Source of the DNA: Balanoglossus misakiensis
Lineage: Eukaryota > Animalia > Hemichordata
Assembly (NCBI GenBank): GCA_040954595.2
Contig: JBECUI020000024.1
Location: forward strand, 310,001 to 374,000
DNA length: 64,000 nucleotides
Direction: 5' to 3'
Shown here: in pieces, positions 21,501 to 31,290 of the stretch
How the letters are laid out: every line of letters begins with the position of its first letter
How positions within the stretch are numbered: position 1 is the stretch's first letter
Notes under the pieces: model-generated
What the model saw: the letters and a program-made list of their open reading frames with translations, nothing else
Database searches by the model: none
What the model was told of the DNA's origin: nothing
Translations under genes and position numbers: made by a program

Positions 21501-22701
21501 CAAGAAAGACCCAGACATCAACCCGTTTTACACAGTAAGACAAGAGCTGAGCATGGTAGACGACCTGATACTCAGAATCAACCGCATCGTGATTCCACGC
21601 AGTCTGCAGAGAAAAGTCATCAAATCAGCACACAAGCTAGGTCATTTGGGCATGACGAAGACCAAGCAGATGTTGCGAGAGAAATATTGGTTTCCGATGA
21701 TGAACAGCTACGTCGAGCAGATGATAGGTCAATGCTTCGAATGTCAAGTAACGACGAAGCAACACAAACAAGAACCTGTCAAGATGACACCAATACCAGA
21801 GAAACCATGGGAAGTAATATCAGTGGACTTTGGAGGACCATATCCTGATGGACACTACAACCTGGTAGCCATCGACAAGAGAACAAGATACCCAGAAGTT
21901 GAAACTGTATATTCAACAGCAGCGAAACCCACAAAGAGAAAACTCAAGAAAATGTTCGCTACACATGGCACACCCAGACAGTTGGAGAGTGACAATGGCC
22001 CACCCTTTGATTCAGAAGAATTCACCAACTTCGCAAAGGAAGAGGGATTTCACCACCATAACGTAACACCAGAACATGCGAGAGCCAATGGAGAAGCTGA
22101 AAACTTCATGAAGATGCTGAATAAAACAGAGAGAATCGCACACTTGGAAGGCAAGGACAGAGAAATAGCCATTCAAGATATGCTGACAGGATACCGTTCA
22201 TCACCACACCCAGCTACAAATACAGCACCGTATGAAGCAATGATGAACAGACAAGTCAGAACCAAACTAGACCACCACACAAGAGTTGACCAGAAAACAG
22301 TGAAAGATGATGCAATCAATGAGAGAGACAGAGAATACAAAGAGAAGATCAGACAAGCAACAGAAAAGAGAAATGTGAAGCCACACAATTTCATCGTGGG
22401 AGACTATGTTCTACTGAAACAACAGAAAAGAAACAAATGGTCAACCGCATATGAACCAACATTCTACAGAGTATACAGAATTGATGGTTCAAGCATTGCA
22501 GCGAGACGTATAACAGATGGAAGGGAAGTATATCGTGATGCGAGCAAGTTCAAACTTGTGAACGCAGTAGTACAAGATCTTGAGGAGGAAATGTTCATAT
22601 ATGATGCAACCGGAAAACGAAATGCAAGGGACTGGCGAGAAAATCTACTCCTTAATACCTTAATGGACATATCCTGGAAGACTATGAATAGCAGGCGATA
22701 G
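18514..22701 (+). CDS. Gypsy Gag-Pol polyprotein (gag, protease, RT, RNase H, integrase)
   Basis: Two zinc knuckles (CTYC..H..C; CRKCQKRNHFASVC), protease PDTGA, RT LDMRQGYHQ/QRDD, RNase H RYSQTEKDAL, and integrase HHCC plus VDF/SDNG/EAENF, in PR-RT-RH-IN order. Confidence 0.95.
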   Translation: MAAPPAAITVVTDTRNLKCQPFVHTDDQITTGKAWEEWLEGIEREFRYFRITEPTDKKDAMIIYGGKEIARLEKSLPDPTEGANVYEKLKTKLNEYYTPKKNKHHARYLFLKMTPTTNESTVAYAARLREKANECEFGTSCEERILEHIIQTIDNCTLIQKAINKKWSLTQLLTEAAQMEDTSLQMRDMKQSGERSVAKVRQYRQTKKHGKPEKRKQTPAHDGKQCTYCGLTGVHKEGPNCPAFGKQCRKCQKRNHFASVCRADPDRGSKDTGYRSRKTPSSAQEKSDYRKQQRRIKKTSTKEQDSTTSSDDDYFEHAIKHVKGIKRAHETYTGKTVTVRINDVDAQMEPDTGAEVNVMDEHQFKALQHRSSDEIKLRDSHTKLNTLQDRLPVKGEFSTIVRNKTCGVKAKFIVVRGRINSPPLLSRNTLTELGMMQIKPDGSLTEVNNLRIKENQDIKTVKSEILDKQVKEITEKYGNVFQGIGRIRDMKNDREIYAKFSMKQEAVPVAQKPRPVAYYLQKPLKKWLEHCIQEEIFEEVPQGEPVTWCSPLVVQPKPRFHETPRENLEPHMIRASVDLRVPNQYMERNRITQSPIVEDFEHKFNDCVIFSKLDMRQGYHQLLLDPESRAVATFSTPWGNMRPKRLIFGAKSSQDLFDETIYRIFGDILRCLNQRDDILLGGRSAEEHNKTLETVLQRAQDFGITFNLDKCKFGVEEIEFYGYRFTKDGLKPTPEKVRAVKECKAPKSKEAVRSFLGMIGYLSKFIPRYTSLTAPLRELTHKDVHFRWGQKENAAFQNLKDSITNEDTMAYFNPSKPITVRVEASYHEGLSAGLFQQSEKGLRPVHFISRTLTSAERRYSQTEKDALAVKWAKNRVRIYLLGAPRFRIITAHKPLIPMFNKATMKLPPRIEKWVMEMQDVDYELLYEPGKDAADPLDFLSRHPLPETGRDGTEKTIKKVIETEYAVVLDRIKEETKKDSQLQKLSRVIRRGNWEKHKKDPDINPFYTVRQELSMVDDLILRINRIVIPRSLQRKVIKSAHKLGHLGMTKTKQMLREKYWFPMMNSYVEQMIGQCFECQVTTKQHKQEPVKMTPIPEKPWEVISVDFGGPYPDGHYNLVAIDKRTRYPEVETVYSTAAKPTKRKLKKMFATHGTPRQLESDNGPPFDSEEFTNFAKEEGFHHHNVTPEHARANGEAENFMKMLNKTERIAHLEGKDREIAIQDMLTGYRSSPHPATNTAPYEAMMNRQVRTKLDHHTRVDQKTVKDDAINERDREYKEKIRQATEKRNVKPHNFIVGDYVLLKQQKRNKWSTAYEPTFYRVYRIDGSSIAARRITDGREVYRDASKFKLVNAVVQDLEEEMFIYDATGKRNARDWRENLLLNTLMDISWKTMNSRR

Positions 22702-23073
22702 CTAGGCTATGGAAAACTGACAATGACAAAACAATGTTCGAGTTTATTGTTCCATATTTTATTCTATTTCGAATTCGTATTGAAAGTGAAAATTGCATGA
22801 AAAAAGACAGGAACATTTATACCGATGGACATATCTTTATTCAATTTGATATTTTGAAATTGAAATTAATGTTATTTGTTGAGCAGCTATCAAGGCCAAT
22901 TTATATTTAGAAATTTGGAAACACAAGGATTGTTGAAAACATACATTATATTCATGATCAAACCGCAAACAGGAATACTGACCGTGAACCACAAGAAAAA
23001 TGAGACTCAGTACGAAATGACAATCTTCAAGAGAAATTGAAACAACTCTGCAATCTCAAAAGAAAAGGAGAAA

Positions 23074-23261
23074 TGTAATATCCAGACATATAACAAAATA
23101 TACTTTCAGTATGGCCAGCTGCATTCTGTACATGCCATGCGCGGTACGTTACCTGCCCATGCGCAGTAGTTGTGTTGTTGTTAATAAAGTTAACATGGCG
23201 AGATGTTAGAAGCCATACAACGGTGAATCAGTCTATTTGATTCATAGTCGGGGACATTACA
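23074..23261 (+). repeat. 3' LTR
   Basis: Copy of 18135-18322, followed by the TSD ATAGC. Confidence 0.95.
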
Positions 23262-23496
23262 ATAGCGATTTGAAACCAGGTCAGATTTTCAGTGAAATTA
23301 AATGAATAGAAATCAGAGAATGATGACAATACTAGCTTAAGACCTTAAAGAATATGATAACGTGATGTAAACATTATAAATGCGTTTAATGTCTTGTAAT
23401 ACTTACCGGCATTTTCATGTTGTTGTAACTGGCGAACGTTCCATTGCCGGTAACAAATCGCCTCATACATTATTCATGAGGCCATGAAAGTAGGGA

Positions 23497-23537
23497 CGGA
23501 AATATCGGACAAAGATGGCGCACACTGGGCTGTAGTG
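23497..23537 (-). repeat. Right terminal inverted repeat of the RAG1/Transib-like transposon
   Basis: Reverse complement reads CACTACAGCCCAGTGTGCGCCATCTTTGTCCGATATTTCCG. Confidence 0.8.
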
Positions 23538-26500
23538 CAGAGCTAGTGGTCAGTGTCGTGCCAATCAATTTTGAGTGTTTGGTGGGGTCAACATATGCGT
23601 CAACATTGATTAGTCAGGCCATGCAGAGCTAGTGGCCAGTGTCGTGCCCATCAATTTTGAGTGTTTGGTGGGGTCAACATTTGCGTCAACATTGATTAGC
23701 CAGGCCATGCAGAGCTAGTGGCCAGTGTCGTGCCCATCAATTTTGAGTGTTTGGTGGGGTCAACCTTTGCGTCAACCTTGATTAGCCAGGCCATGCAGAG
23801 CTAGTGGCCAGTGTCGTGCCCATCAATTTTGAGTGTTTGGTGGGGTCAACCTTTGCGTCAACATTGATTAGCCAGGCCAGGCAGAGCTAGTGGCCAGTGT
23901 TGTGCCCATTAATTTTGAGTGTTTGGTGGGGTCAACCTTTGCGTCAACATTGATTAGCCAGCCCAGAGCTAGTGGCCAGTGTCGTGCCCATTAATTTTGA
24001 GTGTTTGGTGGGGTCAACCTTTGCGTCAACATTGATTAGCCAGCCCAGAGCTAGTGGCCAGTGTCGTGCCCATTAATTTTGAGTGTTTGGTGGGGTCAAC
24101 CTTTGCGTCAACATTGATTAGCCAGCCCAGAGCTAGTGGCCAGTGTCGTGCCCATCAATTTTGAGTGTTTGGTGGGGTCAACCCTTGCGTCAACATTGAT
24201 TAGCCAGGCCAGAGCTAGTGGCCAGTGTCGTGCCCATCAATTTTGAGTGTTTGGTGGGGTCAACCCTTGCGTCAACATTGATTAGCCAGGCCAGAGCTAG
24301 TGGCTAGTGTCGTGCCCATCAATTTTGAGTGTTTGGTGGGGTCAACCTTTGCGTCAACATTGATTAACCAGGCCATGCAGAGCTAGTGGCCAGTGTCGTG
24401 CCCATTAATTTTGAGTGTTTGGTGGGGTCAACCTTTGCGTCAACATTGATTAACCAGGCCATGCAGAGCTAGTGGCCAGTGTCGTGCCCATTAATTTTGA
24501 GTGTTTGGTGGGGTCAACCTTTGCGTCAACATTGATTAACCAGGCCATGCAGAGCTAGTGGCCAGTGTCGTGCCCATTAATTTTGAGTGTTTGGTGGCGT
24601 CGACCTTTGCGTCAACATTGATTAACCAGGCCATGCAGAGCTAGTGGCCAGTGTCGTGCCCATTAATTTTGAGTGTTTGGTGGCGTCAACCTCTGCGTCA
24701 ACATCGATTAACCAGGCCATGCAGAGCTAGTGGCCAGTGTCGTGCCCATCAATTTTGAGTGTTTGGTGGGGTCAACCTTTGCGTCAACATTGATTAACCA
24801 GGCCATGCAGAGCTAGTGGCCAGTGTCGTGCCCATCAATTTTGAGTGTTTGGTGGGGTCAACCTTTGCGTCAACATTGATTAACCAGGCCATGCAGAGCT
24901 AGTGGCCAGTGTCGTGCCCATCAATTTTGAGTGTTTGGTGGGGTCAACATTTGCGTCAACATTGATTAGCCAGGCCATGCAGAGCTAGTGGCCAGTGTCG
25001 TGCCCATCAATTTTGAGTGTTTGGTGGGGTCAACATTTGCGTCAACATTGATTAGCCAGGCCATGCAGAGCTAGTGGCCAGTGTCGTGCCCATTAATTTT
25101 GAGTGTTTGGTGGGGTCAACCTTTGCGTCAACATTGATTAGCCAGGCCAGAGCTAGTGGCCAGTGTCGTGCCCATCAATTTTGAGTGTTTGGTGGGGTCA
25201 ACCCTTGCGTCAACATTGATTAGCCAGGCCAGAGCTAGTGGCCAGTGTCGTGCTCATCAATTTTGAGTGTTTGGTGGGGTCAACATTTGCGTCAACATTG
25301 ATTAGCCAGGCCAGAGCTAGTGGCCAGTGTCGTGCCCATCAATTTTGACTGTTTGGTAGGGTCAACCCTTGCGTCAACATTGATTAGCCAGGCCAGAGCT
25401 AGTGGCCAGTGTCGTGCCCATCAATTTTGAGTGTTTGGTGGGGTCAACCTTTGCGTCAACATTGATTAGCCAGGCCAGAGGTTAGTGGCCAGTGTCGTTC
25501 CCATCAATTTTGAGTGTTTGGTGGGGTCAACCCTTGCGTCAACCTTGATTAGCCAGCCAGAGCTAGTGGCCAGTGTCGTGCCCATCAATTATGAGTGTTT
25601 GGTGGTGTCAACCCTTGCGTCAACATTGATTAGCCAGGCCAGAGCTTAGTGGCCAGTGTCGCGCGTATTAATTTTGAGTGTTTGCTGGGGTCAACCCTTG
25701 CGTCAACCTTGATTAGCCAGGCCAGAGCTAGTGGCCAGTGTCGTGCCCATCAATTTTGAGTGTTTGGTGGGGTCAACCCTTGCGTCAACATTGATTAGCC
25801 AGGCCAGAGCTAGTGGCCAGTGTCGTGCCCATCAATTTTGAGTGTTTGGTGGGGTCAACCCTTGCGTCAACATTGATTAGCCAGGCCAGAGCTAGTGGCC
25901 AGTGTCGCGCCCATTAAATTTGAGTGTTTGGTGGGGTCAACCCTTGCGTCAACCTTGATTAGCCAGGCCAGATCTAGTGGCCAGTGTCGCGCCCATTAAT
26001 TTTGAGTGTTTGGTGGGGTCAACCCTTGCGTCAACCTTGATTAGCCAAGCCAGAGCTAGTGGCCAGTGTCGCGCCCATCAATTTTGAGTGTTTGGTGGGG
26101 TCAACCCTTGCGTCAACATTGATTAGCCATGCCAGAGCTTAGTGGCCAGTGTCGCGCCCATTAATTTTGAGTGTTTGGTGGAGTCAACCTTTGCGTCAAC
26201 CTTGATTAGCCAGGCCATGCAGAGCTAGTGGCCAGTGTCGTGCCCATCAATTTTGAGTGTTTGGTGGGGTCAACCTTTGCGTCAACCTTGATTAGCCAGG
26301 CCAGAGCTAGTGGCCAGTGTCGTGCCCATCAATTTTGAGTGTTTGGTGGGGTCAACCTTTGCGTCAACATTGATTAGCCAGCCCAGAGCTAGTGGCCAGT
26401 GTCGTGCCCATCAATTTTGACTGTTTGGTGGGGTCAATCTTTGCGTCAACCTTGATTAGCCAGGCCATGCAGAGCTAGTGGCCAGTGTCGTGCCCATCAA

Positions 26501-29500
26501 TTTTGAGTGTTTGGTGGGGTCAATCTTTGCGTCAACCTTGATTAGCCAGGCCATGCAGAGCTAGTGGCCAGTGTCGTGCCCATCAATTTTGAGTGTTTTT
26601 GTGGGGTCAACCTTTGCGTCAACCTTGATTAGCCAGGCCATGCAGAGCTAGTGGCCAGTGTCATGCCCATCAATTTTGAGTGTTTGGTGGGGTCAACCTT
26701 TGCGTCAACCTTGATTAGCCAGGCCAGAGCTAGTGGCCAGTGTCGTGCCCATCAATTTTGAGTGTTTGGTGGGGTCAACCTTTGCGTCAACCTTGATTAG
26801 CCAGGCCTTGATTAGCCAGGCCATGCAGAGCTAGTGGCCAGTGTCGTGCCCATCAATTTTGAGTGTTTGGTGGAGTCAACCTTTGCGTCAACCTTGATTA
26901 GCCAGGCCATGCAGAGCTAGTGGCCAGTGTCGTGCCCATCAATTTTGAGTGTTTTTGTTGGGTCAACCTTTGCGTCAACCTTGATTAGCCAGGCCATGCA
27001 GAGCTAGTGGCCAGTGTCGTGCCCATCAATTTTGAGTGTTTGGTGGGGTCAACCTTTGCGTCAACCTTGATTAGCCAGGCCATGCAGAGCTAGTGGCCAG
27101 TGTCGTGCCCATCAATTTTGAGTGGTTGGTGGGGTCAACCTTTGCGTCAACCTTGATTAGCCAGGCCATGCAGAGCTAGTGGCCAGTGTCGTGCCCATTA
27201 ATTTTGAGTGTTTGGTGGGGTCAACCTTTGCGTCAACATTGATTAGCCAGCCCAGAGCTAGTGGCCAGTGTCGTGCCCATTAATTTTGAGTGTTTGGTGG
27301 GGTCAACCTTTGCGTCAACATTGATTAGCCAGCCCAGAGCTAGTGGCCAGTGTCGTGCCCATTAATTTTGAGTGTTTGTGGGGTCAACCTTTGCGTCAAC
27401 ATTGATTAGCCAGGCCAGGCAGAGCTAGTGGCCAGTGTCGTGCCCATTAATTTTGAGTGTTTGGTGGGGTCAACCTTTGCGTCAACATTGATTAGCCAGC
27501 CCAGAGCTAGTGGCCAGTGTCGTGCCCATTAATTTTGAGTGTTTGGTGGGGTCAACCTTTGCGTCAACCTTGATTAGCCAGGCCAGAGCTAGTGGCCAGT
27601 GTCGTGCCCATCAATTTTGAGTGTTTGGTGGGGTCAACCTTTGCGTCAACCTTGATTAGCCAGGCCTTGATTAGCCAGGCCATGCAGAGCTAGTGGCCAG
27701 TGTCGTGCCCATCAATTTTGAGTGTTTGGTGAGGTCAACCTTTGCGTCAACATTGATTAACCAGGCCATGCAGAGCTAGTGGCCAGTGTCGTGCCCATCA
27801 ATTTTGAGTGTTTGGTGGGGTCAACCTTTGCGTCAACATTGATTAACCAGGCCATGCAGAGCTAGTGGCCAGTGTCGTGCCCATCAATTTTGAGTGTTTG
27901 GTGGGGTCATTCTTTGCGTCAACATTGATTAACCAGGCCATGCAGAGCTAGTGGCCAGTGTCGTGCCCATCAATTTTGAGTGTTTGGTGGGGTCAACCTT
28001 TGCGTCAACCTTGATTAGCCAGGCCATGCAGAGCTAGTGGCCAGTGTCGTGCCCATCAATTTTGAGTGTTTGGTGGGGTCAACTTTGCGTCAACCCTGAT
28101 TAACCAGGCCATGCAGAGCTAGTGGCCAGTGTCGTGCCCATCAATTTTGAGTGTTTGGTGAGGTCAACCTTTGCGTCAACATTGATTAACCAGGCCATGC
28201 AGAGCTAGTGGCCAGTGTCGTGCCCATCAATTTTGAGTGTTTGGTGGGGTCAACCTTTGCGTCAACATTGATTAACCAGGCCATGCAGAGCTAGTGGCCA
28301 GTGTCGTGCCCATCAATTTTGAGTGTTTGGTGGGGTCAACCTTTGCGTCAACATTGATTAACCAGGCCATGCAGAGGTAGTGGCCAGTGTCGTGCCCATC
28401 AATTTTGAGTGTTTGGTGGGGTCAACCTTTGCGTCAACATTGATTAACCAGGCCATGCAGAGCTAGTGGCCAGTGTCGTGCCCATCAATGTTGAGTGTTT
28501 GGTGGGGTCAACCTTTGCGTCAACATTGATTAACCAGGCCATGCAGAGCTAGTGGCCAGTGTCGTGCCCATCAATTTTGAGTGTTTGGTGGGGTCAACCT
28601 TTGCGTCAACATTGATTAACCAGGCCATGCAGAGCTAGTGGCCAGTGTCGTGCCCATCAATTTTGAGTGTTTGGTGGGGTCAACCTTTGCGTCAACATTG
28701 ATTAACCAGGCCATGCAGAGCTAGTGGCCAGTGTCGTGCCCATCAATTTTGAGTGTTTGGTGGGGTCAACCTTTGCGTCAACATTGATTAACCAGGCCAT
28801 GCAGAGCTAGTGGCCAGTGTCGTGCCCATCAATTTTGAGTGTTTGGTGGGGTCAACCTTTGCGTCAACATTGATTAACCAGGCCATGCAGAGCTAGTGGC
28901 CAGTGTCGTGCCCATCAATTTTGAGTGTTTGGTGGGGTCAACCTTTGCGTCAACATTGATTAACCAGGCCATGCAGAGCTAGTGGCCAGTGTCGTGCCCA
29001 TCAATTTTGAGTGTTTGGTGGGGTCAACCTTTGCGTCAACATTGATTAACCAGGCCATGCAGAGCTAGTGGCCAGTGTCGTGCCCATCAATTTTGAGTGT
29101 TTGGTGGGGTCAACCTTTGCGTCAACATTGATTAACCAGGCCATGCAAAGCTAGTGGCCAGTGTCGTGCCCATCAATTTTGAGTGTTTGGTGGGGTCAAC
29201 CTTTGCGTCAACATTGATTAACCAGGCCATGCAGAGCTAGCGGCCAGTGTCGTGCCCATCAATTTTGAGTGTTTGGTGGGGTCAACCTTTGCGTCAACAT
29301 TGATTAACCAGGCCATGCAGAGCTAGCGGCCAGTGTCGTGCCCATCAATTTTGAGTGTTTGGTGGGGTCAACCTTTGCGTCAACATTGATTAACCAGGCC
29401 ATGCAGAGCTAGCGGCCAGTGTCGTGCCCATTAATTTTGAGTGTTTGGTGGGGTCAACCTTTGCGTCAACATTGATTAACCTGGCCATGCAGAGCTAGTG

Positions 29501-30013
29501 GCCAGTGTCGTGCCCATTAATTTTGAGTGTTTGGTGGGGTCAACCTTTGCGTCAACATTGATTAACCAGGCCATGCAGAGCTAGCGGCCAGTGTCGTGCC
29601 CATCAATTTTGAGTGTTTGGTGGGGTCAACCTTTGCGTCAACATTGATTAACCAGGCCATGCAGAGCTAGCGGCCAGTGTCGTGCCCATCAATTTTGAGT
29701 GTTTGGTGGGGTCAACCTTTGCGTCAACATTGATTAACCAGGCCATGCAGAGCTAGCGGCCAGTGTCGTGCCCATTAATTTTGAGTGTTTGGTGGGGTCA
29801 ACCTTTGCGTCAACATTGATTAACCAGGCCATGCAGAGCTAGTGGCCAGTGTCGTGCCCATTAATTTTGAGTGTTTGGTGGGGTCAACCTTTGCGTCAAC
29901 ATTGATTAACCAGGCCATGCAGAGCTAGTGGCCAGTGTCGTGCCCATTAATTTTGAGTGTTTGGTGGGGTCAACCTTTGCGTCAACATTGATTAACCAGG
30001 CCATGCAGAGCTA
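23538..30013. repeat. Satellite array, 86-bp unit (81-82-bp variants), roughly 75 copies
   Basis: GCCATGCAGAGCTAGTGGCCAGTGTCGTGCCCATCAATTTTGAGTGTTTGGTGGGGTCAACCTTTGCGTCAACATTGATTAACCAG repeated head-to-tail; period 86 between 28981 and 29067. Confidence 0.97.
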
Positions 30014-30614
30014 CATGTATGTTGCCTGTAAGGCACACATCTCCAATTGGTACATTGGGCCTATCATACTGTACATGTACAACTAGGAAAATGTACTTCA
30101 TCATATTTCCATATTCAGCAGCTTCAAGAACATGTTGCCTTCTCTATATGAATGTTTAGACTAAAAAGAAGTATAAGAAGAATAAAGTTGTCCAATTATT
30201 GTTGGCAGGGGTGGGGTGTGTGCTCCCATACAAATGTATATGGGTATGTACTCTTTAAGAAAAACCTTCATATGCAAGAGAAAAATGGTAAATGACAAAG
30301 AAAATTTGACTGGTATTACAATAGGTCGGGTTTTTGGCATTTACACATATTGATGTTATCAACCGGGAAGCACACTACGTGCTGAAAATAATTGGAGACC
30401 TCTCGCCCGGGGTGTCGGCCAGTGGCCACATACATTTCCAGTCCTAAACCTTGCATCAGTTCTGTGGTGCGGATTAAGAAATAAGATTGGCGCTACAATA
30501 TGCCCACTTAGTTTGAAATGGATTCTGCATATACATGTAAACACATTGAAAATGAGATATTACACATATAATCATGGGACAAGAAGGGCAAAAATTAAAT
30601 TATCCAGCAGGTGT

Positions 30615-31290
30615 TCGAATTATGCAAATTAGAACAGTTGTCTAATATTGCCATGTCAACCACGTTGAAATTGTTTTAGGTACCCATATTAATTAAAACC
30701 GTGAAAATGCGATATTACACACCATATAAGACAAACCAGGGAAACTTACATAATAGAGAAGTTTGTCGGCCATTTTGGATTATGCAAATTAGAACAGTTG
30801 TCTAATATTGCCATGTCAACCACGCTGAAATTTTTTTAGTTACCCATATTGATGAAAACCCTGCAAATGCGATTTTAGGCACCATATAAGACAAAACAGG
30901 GAAATTTACATTTAAGAAGAGTTTGGTGGCCATTTTGGATTATGCAAATTAGAACAGCTGTCTAATATTGCCATGTCAACGACGTTGAAATTGTTTTAGG
31001 TACCCATATTGATGAAAACCCTGCAAATGCGATATTACGCTCTATTAAAGACAACCATAGTAAATTTACATGTTAGAGAAGTTTGTCGGCCATTCTAGAT
31101 TATGCAAATTAGAACAGCTGTCTAACATTGCAATGTCAACCACGTTGAAATTGTTTTAGGTACCTATATTGATGAAAACCCTTCAAATGCGATACTACAC
31201 GCTTTTTAAGACGACCATAGGAAATTTACATGTTAGAGGAGTTTGGCGGCCATTTTGGACTATGCAAATGAGAAGAGTTGAACAAAAAAT
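30615..31290. repeat. 160-bp tandem repeat (4-5 copies; inverted shorter copy at ~57820-58045)
   Basis: ATTATGCAAATTAGAACAG(T/C)TGTCTAA at 30619, 30779, 30939 and 31099, with a degenerate copy at ~31260. Confidence 0.85.

Larger units (their letters stand above)
18135..23261 (+). mobile_element. Full-length Ty3/Gypsy LTR retrotransposon (probably Mag-like), recent insertion
   Basis: 188-bp LTRs TGTAAT...ATTACA (18135-18322 and 23074-23261) with one visible mismatch; 5-bp TSD ATAGC; PBS; PPT AAAAGAAAAGGAGAAA (23058-23073); single gag-pol ORF. Confidence 0.96.
12839..23537 (-). mobile_element. RAG1/Transib/Chapaev-like (CMC-type DDE) DNA transposon with two convergent genes; ~5.6 kb after removing the nested Gypsy
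   Basis: Left end CACTGCGGCCCAG-N11-TTTGTCCGCTATT. Right end (reverse complement) CACTACAGCCCAG-N11-TTTGTCCGATATT. Flanked by CAG on both sides (12836-12838 and 23538-23540). Encodes a DDE transposase on the minus strand and a 206-aa ORF on the plus strand. Confidence 0.82.

Noticed and set aside
23538-30013. CRISPR array or coding repeat
   Set aside because: The whole unit repeats with no spacers, 86 bp is not a multiple of 3, and there are no ORFs.
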